A stretch of DNA of 10,950 nucleotides from Octopus sinensis. Lineage: Eukaryota. The notes below the pieces were generated by a model that made no database searches, had not been told where the DNA came from, and worked only from the letters and a program-made list of their open reading frames with translations. Below are positions 1-7,383 of this stretch, piece by piece. The position numbers and the translations under genes are program-made. The DNA lies in assembly GCF_006345805.1 (NCBI RefSeq), contig NW_021827263.1, positions 1 through 10,950 on the forward strand. Direction: 5' to 3'. Each line of letters starts with the position of its first letter. Position 1 is the stretch's first letter.

Positions 1-262
1 TTTTTAGCTTGATGTAACAGAGAATTCAAAACACCCGCTCCTGTAAATTTTAATCACCTTCCAGCCCCATTTATACCCCTTTTCACATTTTGGTTATATA
101 ACCCGATTTCATTTGGTTTACTCAGCCACATTTTATAAGATGAGGAATTTTGTCTTAGAGTCACGCCTTTCATTGAGGAAAAAAATAGTTGTCATGCAAA
201 CTTGCCATCGTTTTAAACATAGGTGTGCATATTTTAGCACAACGACCACATAATGCACACAT

Positions 263-277
263 TATATATATATATAG

Positions 278-312
<35 letters not shown>

Positions 313-354
313 GGTGTGTGTGTGTATGTGTGTGGGTGTGTGTGTGTGTGTGTG
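263..354. repeat. compound (TA)n-(TG)n microsatellite
   Basis: Direct reading: TA run 263-312 followed by a TG run to 354. Confidence 0.95.
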
Positions 355-388
355 GCACGCATTATATATACAAATGTATACAAATTAT

Positions 389-412
389 ATTTCATTTCAT
401 TTCATTTCATTT
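389..412 (-). repeat. LINE 3' tail, (GAAAT)n pentamer x4.8
   Basis: Plus strand ATTTCATTTCATTTCATTTCATTT lies directly at the 3' end of ORF2. Short tandem repeat tails are established for CR1/L2-group LINEs. Confidence 0.88.
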
Positions 413-441
413 GAGTTTGATCCATGCTCAGGCCAAGTCGA

Positions 442-461
442 AGACTCCACCCTCAGAGTCT
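442..461 (-). other. 3'-terminal stem-loop of the LINE RNA (candidate RT recognition signal)
   Basis: Perfect 6-bp stem AGACTC/GAGTCT with an 8-nt loop, 30 nt from the tail. Its function is inferred by analogy with stringent L2/CR1-type LINEs. Confidence 0.5.
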
Positions 462-3351
462 GGTGTGGTTGCCAGGTTGTATTCTCTTTTAATTTTGACA
501 TGTGTAGGAGCGAGTTTGAGTCAGTTTGTGCTCGTTGTGTATATCCTGGGAGATGGGGTTCATCTCTAATGGTGCTTAAGTATCTATCCAGCTGCAATTT
601 GAATGATTCCACACTGCATCCTGATAGATTTCTGACATGTACCGGAATGGAGTTGAATAGTTGTGCTCCTCGAACCAACAGACTTGACTCTCGCAGGGTT
701 TTGCTGCCTGGCCAGCCTTTTTGTTGATTGGTGGTAGCTGGCAGCGTCTTCCATGGCGCAGTGAGTGGTAGGTTTTGATACCAAAGTTGGCACCTTTTGC
801 TCTATCATTTTCCAAATGTATATAATTCGGTATCGCTCAAATCTTCTTTCTATTGAGTACATCTTCAAGGTTTTGAGTCTTTGCCAATAGTCCAGGTCCC
901 TCGTTTCTGAGAAGTATGAGGTAAAATTTCTTGGAGCGATTCCATCTTAGATAGTTGGCCCTTTGTTGTTGGTGACCACAACTGAGAACAGTAGTCAATC
1001 CTCGGAAGTATCATACTGTTCCAGAGGGTTTTCATTGTTGAGGTATCTCTTGATTTGAAGGTGCGCAAGATCCATCCGCTGTACTTTCTTGCAGTAAGAC
1101 AGACTGAGTCAAGGTGTTCTCTGAATTTTAGGCTGGTTCCCATGTGGATGCCTAAATCTTCACATACTGTTTTTCCATTATTTGTTGTCCTGATGGGTTT
1201 CTGTAGTTGTTGTATTTTTCAGATCTTGATCTGTTCCATAGCGAATTTGTTCAAACTTCTTATCATTGAACAACATGTGTTTGTTTCCTGCCATTTATAT
1301 ATGGTGGTCAGGTCCTTTTGTAAGGCCTCTGTATCCACCTCGTCTTTGATTTGTCTCATGACCCTGGTGTCATCAGCAAAGGATGAGACGTTGCTGGTTG
1401 TATCTTCATCTATGTCAGAGATGAGGACGAGAAACAGGATTGGGCCGAGTACTGTACCCTGAGGAACACTGCTGGTCACAGGTGATGGTGTTGAATGGGT
1501 TCCATTCACAGTGACTGTTTGAGTTCTATTTGTAAGGAACTCATGTATCCATGTACCAACTTTTCCTCCTACTCCTAGCTTTCGAAGTTTGTGACCCAGG
1601 ATGCCATGAACTACCTTGTCAAATGCCTTGGCAAAGTCGAGGTAAATAACATCTGTGTTGTATCCATTCTCTAGATTTTCTAGGATTTGGTCATGGTGTG
1701 CCAGTAGTTGGGAAGACATGATCTACCTAACCTGAATCCATGCTGGTTGCAATTCATCAGATTGTTGGATTCCAGGAACTCAACCAGTTTTCCACGAACT
1801 ATTCTTTCAAAGACCTTGATAATGTGTGATGTCAGTGAGATTGGTCGGTAGTTCTTTGGTTTTGATTTGCTGTCCCCTTTATGTATTGGAGTTATGTGTG
1901 CTTCTTTATATGTATTTGGTATTTTGCCATTCTCCATAGATTCCCTCCATATCATGTAAAGGGGTTTCAACAATTGTACCTTGCAGTTTTTAAGTACCGT
2001 CAGGTCCCGCAGCCGAGTGCATGGAGAGCTAGTCTATGGCTCTTTCTATGTCTTCTGGGTTGAAATCAATGTCGGATAGGGTAGGTTTAGTATGGTCGAT
2101 ATCCTTGAAGAATTTTCCTGGGTCATGGATCTTCATGGTTTTAGATGGCTCACTGAAGACACTTTCATACTGTTGACCCAACATTTCTGCCATTTCAATA
2201 GGGTTATTCACTACATCCCCATTTTGTCTCTGGAGAGGTCCTATTGTTGACTTGGTATTCGAGTATTTCTTTGCAAAACTGTAGAAACATTTTGGATTTT
2301 TCTTGATGTTTTCTATGGCTCTCTTTTCTGCATTGTTACGTTCTTCATCATAGTGTTGTTTTAGATTGTCTTCTAATCTGTATATTCGGTCAAGGACTTT
2401 CTGTAATTCATGTTTTGATGTCAGCTTAGATGTTTTGTTTCTTAGTCTTGACCTTTTGCGCATCAGGATCTTTCGCTCCCGTGGTACAGGTTTTTTTGTG
2501 GATTTGGTTTTCTTAAGAGGAATATTTTTTGCACATATTTCTTCGATCTTGTTTAAGAATTTCTTGTGTTTATCTGGCCCAGTAAGGTAGAGATCCCAGT
2601 CAATGATTTGTAACTGGTTGTTAATAGTTTCCATGTCCTTTTGTTTAAGAGTTGTGGCATTGGGCTCATTACCAATGTGTAAATGCATTTCAATAATATT
2701 GTGGTCTGAAAGGATTGTTGGGGTTGAGTGAAGGTCAAATAGCGTGTCCTCGTTGTTGGTGAAAACTAAGTCGATCGTATTATTATTTCTTGTTGCTTCT
2801 GTCATCATTTGTTTGAGGTATAATTTCTCTGTGACTTCCAACAGTTTGGCTGCCTGTATTTGTTCAGCTTTTGTCCCCAGTTTTAGTATGTGTCCATGTG
2901 GCCAGATGATGTTAGGGAAGTTGAAGTCACCAAGGAGGATAATGTCTGGCATTGGACTCGTCATGTTTCCCAGAGTTTGTTGGAGCTTTGTCAGTGGCTC
3001 AGTGAAGGATAATGTTGGGCTGTTTGGCGGTCTGTACATTATTGTTACAACTGTATTAAGTTGGATGATTTTTATGCACAGCAGGCTGCAGTAGGCATTT
3101 GATTCATTGACAAGTTCTATGCATGCATAGGTATCATGGATATACATGATAACGCCCCCATGGGATCTGCCTTGTCTATCACATCTGAAGATGTTGAATC
3201 TATTGATTGTGATTTCGCTGTTGCGATGTTTTCGTTGAGATGACTTTCAGTAATTCAATTATTTTGGAGTTGTTTTCTGTTGCTAATTCTTCCAAGAAAG
3301 GGACTTTACACTGTTTTGTTTTCGGATAAAGACCCTGGATATTTGCTGTTA

Positions 3352-4020
3352 TTATGCTTGTTGTACCGGATACATCTGCCCTATTGTTGGCAAGACTGTT
3401 GTAGTTGCTGGGACTGTGCTGACTGGATATTCGGTCTGCTGGGCTGTCTGTATTTGTTGTATGTGCCCTGTAAGTCCAGGTGTCAGCCTTTGTATCAATG
3501 TTGCCTGGTTTTGCTGAGTCATCTGTATGGAGTACAGCTGTTGTTGTAGTTGGTAGATTATGCCTAAAAAACTGCTTTCATTCATTACTATATCGAATTT
3601 CTGCGAGTTTGGGTTTGTTACAGCTGATGTATGCAATTGAGTAGCATGATTTTCATTCACTGTTGAGCCATGACCTGGGTTCTGCATTTTTGGGAAATGG
3701 TTTTCATACCCTGCTGAGCTTGGTCCTGGTGGTGTGGGTTCAGTAGTTTTTATGTGAATTGTACCCTTCCGGTGCATAAATTTGCAATTCTCGCCAAAAC
3801 ATTCTTTTTTTCTCAGCGAATTGCAGCACATCTTTGGGTGAAGGAGTTCACATTCTCGGCCATTTTGGCATCCTTTTTTTCGATCAGTACCGAAGTTGAT
3901 ATATGGTTTGCATGGTTTGGGGTGACTGTACGTGCACCCTTTACCTGAAGGACCATGTTTGCACTTGTTGCTCCTGTAATGGATACATACTGGCCTTTTG
4001 TAATGGATACATACTGGCCT
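3352..4020 (-). CDS. LINE ORF1 C-terminal part: three tandem CCCH-type zinc fingers, low-complexity linker, Gln-rich putative coiled coil
   Basis: Uninterrupted frame with C-x7-C-x8-C-x3-H, C-x13-C-x5-C-x3-H and C-x7/8-C-x4-C-x3-H, then FLGIIYQLQQQLYSIQ..., ending TAA at 3352-3354. The first ~32 aa of the ORF-track protein come from the MITE and TA repeat, not the LINE. Confidence 0.85.
   Translation of the reverse strand, partial: RPVCIHYKRPVCIHYRSNKCKHGPSGKGCTYSHPKPCKPYINFGTDRKKGCQNGRECELLHPKMCCNSLRKKECFGENCKFMHRKGTIHIKTTEPTPPGPSSAGYENHFPKMQNPGHGSTVNENHATQLHTSAVTNPNSQKFDIVMNESSFLGIIYQLQQQLYSIQMTQQNQATLIQRLTPGLTGHIQQIQTAQQTEYPVSTVPATTTVLPTIGQMYPVQQA
3565..3571 (-). promoter_or_regulatory. 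candidate -1 ribosomal frameshift slippery heptamer U_UUU_UUA
   Basis: Minus strand AG(T TTT TTA)GGC is phased X_XXY_YYZ in the ORF1 frame. The -1 frame has TGA at 3578-3580 and is then open, without ATG, into the endonuclease domain. Confidence 0.6.
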
Positions 4021-4021
4021 T
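3975..4021. repeat. 24-bp-period direct tandem duplication at the LINE 5' junction
   Basis: TGTAATGGATACATACTGGCCTT occurs at 3975-3997 and 3999-4021, translating as RPVCIHYK RPVCIHYR. Confidence 0.95.
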
Positions 4022-4049
4022 ATATATAATATATATATATATATATTTA

Positions 4050-4225
4050 CAGGGACATGTAAAATGAGGTAAGGATGCCAGTGGGCATCTTTCCTCCCTT
4101 CCTCCCTTCCCATCACTTTCTATAAATAACATCATTTCACGGCGTCTAACTCCCTTACCTTCACTTTCTCTTTATAACGTCGTGTCACGGCTTCCTCAAT
4201 CTCCCCCTCCCCCCCGCCTTCCACA
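4050..4225 (+). repeat. left TIR of MITE (176 bp)
   Basis: Reverse complement of 4693-4868 with 4 substitutions and no indels by manual alignment. Confidence 0.93.
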
Positions 4226-4358
4226 AATATATATATATTTATAAATTAAATTAGAGATGAAACCACTAATAGGCAAATCAAACAGTGAAAAACATAAACC
4301 AAAACATAAAAATGAAAATATAATATACAAAATATATAAAATATAAAATTAAAAAATT

Positions 4359-4411
4359 AAAATTATTTAAATTTAAAATTAAAATTATTTAAATTTAAAA
4401 TTAAAATTATT
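4359..4411. repeat. 22-bp AT-only minisatellite x2.4 inside the MITE
   Basis: AAAATTATTTAAATTTAAAATT at 4359-4380 and 4381-4402, plus a partial copy. Confidence 0.8.
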
Positions 4412-4537
4412 AATTTATATTTATAATTTTAAAAAAAATATATATAACTATCAAAAAGTATTAAAAAGTTTAATATACATAAATACAGATATATACACTT
4501 TGTATATATACATTATATATACATATTTATATATAGA

Positions 4538-4560
4538 ACACACACACACACACACACACA
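4538..4560. repeat. (AC)n microsatellite inside the MITE
   Basis: Direct reading. Confidence 0.9.
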
Positions 4561-4692
4561 TATATAAATTAACCCAATAAATATCTGATTCATAATATTT
4601 TTTCTCATGATTGTGTGGTGGTTGTGGTGGCGATGATAATTCTTTCTATGAATGCAGACAGACGTAGAGAGAGAGAGAGAGTGTGAAACCGC

Positions 4693-4868
4693 TGTGGAAG
4701 GCGGGGAGGAGGGGGAGATTGAGGAAGCCGTGACACAACGTTATAAAGAGAAAGTGAAGGTAAGGGAGTTAGACGCCGTGAAATGATGTTATATATAGAA
4801 AGTGATGGGAAGGGAGGAAGGGAGGAAAGATGCCCACTGGCATCCTCACCTCATTTTACATGTCCCTG
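4693..4868 (-). repeat. right TIR of MITE (176 bp)
   Basis: Reverse complement of 4050-4225. Confidence 0.93.
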
Positions 4869-5067
4869 TAAATTTTGGAGTCAATCCGACGGGATCTAGT
4901 GGCCTTTAACCCGTTCTCAATGCCAAAACCAGACAAACAAACAAACAAACAAACTTTTCACATTTCAGTTTTATAAATAGAGATATATATGTAACATTGA
5001 TCAGAGAACAAACAATCAAGTTTGAGTCAACAACTTTATATATAACACCAAGGCTCCAAACATTTGA

Positions 5068-5100
5068 TCTCTTATTATAAAAGGCAGATTTTATCTGCCT
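5068..5100 (+). mobile_element. candidate Helitron 5' terminus with adjacent hairpin
   Basis: A|TCTCTTATTATAAAAGGCAG matches the 5' end of the 8060-8453 Helitron (A|TCTTTATATATAAAAGTGAG) at 14/20 positions. It overlaps a perfect 8-bp stem AGGCAGAT-TTT-ATCTGCCT (5082-5100). No matching 3' end nearby. Confidence 0.35.
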
Positions 5101-5434
5101 CCCTTTGTCTCTTATAGAAATCTACAATATAGGATTTCTTCAATTACAATTTACCTAGCATTTTTAAGAGTAGAATGCATCGGATCGTGCCAGGTCCACT
5201 TTTTAAAATTTCAACCCCAATTAAGCAAAATTTAGAGAAAACTCACATTGTGGTGTATAAGTCAAATGCTTTTCTTAGTGTGGGCTACAGCACACGCACA
5301 CACACACACACAGTGTGCAACGATTAAAGTGAAACTAATTCACTTTTTGTAGTGAGTGACTCTTTCACTCGGCATTCCCACTTCCTCTTTACACACATAG
5401 ACACGCAAATATATAAATAAAATTGTAAGCTAAC

Positions 5435-6072
5435 GTGTGTGTGTGTATGCGTGTGTGTGTGTGTGTGTGTGTGTGCGTGTGTGTGTGTGTGAGGGTGCGT
5501 GTGTGTGTGTGTGTGTGCGTGTGCGTGAGTGTGTGACAGGAAAGTTTTTTAGGACGAATATAAGACCTAACGTATATCCAAGTAGCAGAAAGATCGCCCA
5601 AAAGTGTATATAGATATTTAAATGTATTTGTGTGTGCGCGTGTGTGTGAGTGTGTGTGTGTGTGTGTGCCTGTGTGAGGGTGCGTGTGTGTGTGTGCGTG
5701 TGCGTGAGTGTGTGACAGGAAAGTTTTTTAGGATGAATATAAGACCTAACGTATATCCAAATAGCACAAAGATCGCCCAAAAGTGTATATAGATATATAA
5801 ATGTATTTATATATTCATCTATACACAGATGTATGTATAATGTGTGTGTATATATTTCCATAGACGTAACCATTCACTCCGCACAAAGTTTTTTAGGACG
5901 AAAATAAGATCTATAGTTATCTCTAAGTAGTACAAAGATCACCCAAAAGTGTATATAGATATTTAAATGTATTTATATATTCATCTATACACACATGTAT
6001 GTATAATGTGCGTGTATATATTTCCATAGAGGTAACCATTCAATCCATACAAAGTTTTTTAGGACGAAAATA
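5435..6072. repeat. mosaic tandem array (core X with alternating spacers), period 179/165/166 bp
   Basis: Core AAAGTTTTTTAGGA(C/T)GAA... starts at 5541, 5720, 5885 and 6051 (last copy truncated). The first two cores are preceded by GT-microsatellite blocks ending GTGTGACAGG; the last two by a ~76-bp non-microsatellite spacer. Confidence 0.9.
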
Positions 6073-6183
6073 TTTATATACTAGCAGAATTGCCAGGCGT
6101 TGCTCGGGGCTGAATTGCTTGAAAGTACTGTTAATGATTGCACTGAATTATGATGATTATTCAGGCAAATATTGATATAAGTT

Positions 6184-6691
6184 TACGGTGGGAGATAAGG
6201 ACTTAACGATCAAACGTGTGCCATTGCATTGTTTTGGGGGAACCAAATTTCTGATGAGCATTATAGGGGCACCAACTTTAAGTTTGAGAAAGTGTGGTGG
6301 TAGTCTCGGGGTGCTCAAAGGAATTGAGTACCTCTATTGGATAGTTGATGACGTCCTCTGGGTCAGGAGTTGTATGATAGACTGATATACATAGACTTCC
6401 CCAGGAATGAGTTTTAGCATTTCATCATTATATGGTGAACAGTTTTATTCCTCGGGGCCAGTATAGCCTTTTTGCCAATCCAATCCATATTCTGATAATT
6501 AGCTTGTAGATCTGGGAACACTGCATCTCTGAGATCAGAAGGCGTCTTAACAATGGTACAAATGGAATCGATGGCAATATTACCATTTTCATCCCCTGGT
6601 ATTTTGCCTTCGCCAAGTGCAAGGAGGGTGTGAGGAAATGCTGCTGATGTGATATTACGTCGCATATGAGCACGCATATTGGTGTGAAGTT
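6184..6691 (-). pseudogene. Helitron RepHel PIF1-like helicase fragment (left arm)
   Basis: LHTNMRAH...LLALGEG...AILAPRN, then with frameshifts IPGE...YPIEVLNS...[31 protein letters not shown]: conserved C-terminal helicase blocks of Helitron/PIF1 proteins. Confidence 0.9.
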
Positions 6692-6899
6692 GAGAGTTAC
6701 TTCCCTTTATTTAAAAAATATGCATTAAAATGGAAAAAAATGATGGTAAATTATTTGTAAAATCATAGACTCATCGTAGACGCGCGCTAATACCCAGAAG
6801 GGCTCGATATGAATCACGACTATAAGATACCCGGTTTTGGTTAAACTGCATCGCAAAATGTGGGAGTAGTTAGGAATCTAAATCGGAGTAGGAATCTAA

Positions 6900-7383
6900 A
6901 TGCGACGTAATATCACATCAGCAGCATTTCCTCACACCCTCCTTGCACTTGGCGAAGGCAAAATACCAGGGGATGAAAATGGTAATATTGCCATCGATTC
7001 CATTTGTACATTGTTAAGACGCCTTCTGATCTCGAGATGCAGAGTGTTCCAGATCTACAAGCTAATTATCAGAATATGAATTGGATTGGCAAAAAGGCTA
7101 TACTGGCCCCGAGGAATAAAACTGTTCACCATTTATTAATGATGAAATGCTAAAACTCATTCCTGGGGAAGTCTATGTATATCAGTCTATCAATACAACT
7201 CCTGATCCAGAGGACGTCATCAACTATCCAATAGAGGTACTCAATTCCTTTGAGCACCCCGGACTACCACCACACTTTCTCAAACTTAAAGTTGGTGCCC
7301 CTATAATGCTCATCAGAAACTTGGTTCCCCCAAAACAATGCAATGGCACACGTTTGATCGTTAAGTCCTTATCTCCCACCGTA
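6900..7383 (+). pseudogene. Helitron RepHel PIF1-like helicase fragment (right arm, inverted copy)
   Basis: ORF 7147-7410 MLKLIPGE...[41 protein letters not shown]. The upstream part is frameshifted; the last codons of the ORF run into non-coding terminal sequence. Confidence 0.9.

Larger units (their letters stand above)
397..3577 (-). pseudogene. LINE ORF2: APE endonuclease + reverse transcriptase, disrupted as sequenced
   Basis: Stitching frames gives the EN motifs SIITANIQGL, TESHL, RCDR..GGVIMYI, YRPP, GDFN, IDLVFT, SDH and the RT motifs YRPISLTS, QHGF, YLDFAKAFDKV, VPQGTVLGP, FADD (1369-1380), DLGI. Interruptions: 1-bp deletions near 3254, 3217, 1712, 1278, 1206, 1160, 931, 788 and 700; a small deletion near 1996; TAG at 2029-2031. 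Confidence 0.95.
389..4021 (-). mobile_element. CR1-group non-LTR retrotransposon (LINE), 5'-truncated within ORF1
   Basis: Minus strand carries ORF1 (Cys/His fingers), then APE endonuclease and RT motifs, the C-terminal 'RTFKSRD...ILPRIDYCSQLWSP' block typical of CR1/L2-group ORF2, then a short-tandem-repeat tail instead of poly(A). Clade assignment is from motif recognition only. Confidence 0.93.
4050..4868. mobile_element. non-autonomous DNA transposon (MITE), Tc1/mariner/pogo-type
   Basis: TA|CAGGGACATGT...ACATGTCCCTG|TA: TA duplication at 4048-4049 and 4869-4870, 176-bp TIRs, no coding interior. Confidence 0.85.

Noticed and set aside
170-727. ORFs 170-358, 189-569 and 314-727
   Set aside because: They are translations of TA/TG microsatellites and the antisense strand of the LINE 3' end; no protein signal.
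1055-3948. Plus-strand ORFs (1055-1462, 1881-2063, 2366-2590, 2744-3094, 3280-3549, 3754-3948)
   Set aside because: Antisense shadows of LINE ORF1/ORF2.
4874-4890. ATCCGACGGGAT-CTAG|T as another Helitron 3' end
   Set aside because: The stem is only 4 bp and abuts CTAG directly, unlike the real termini in this window.
4896-4903. TTAACCC as a piggyBac end
   Set aside because: No matching GGGTTAA end or TIR was found in the window.
5389-5873. His/Thr-rich ORFs 5389-5601 and 5430-5873
   Set aside because: Products of (CA)n tracts within the tandem array.
5541-6072. Repeat-spacer pattern resembling a CRISPR array
   Set aside because: Cores are ~89 bp, spacers are themselves repeated or microsatellite, the context is eukaryotic and there are no cas genes.
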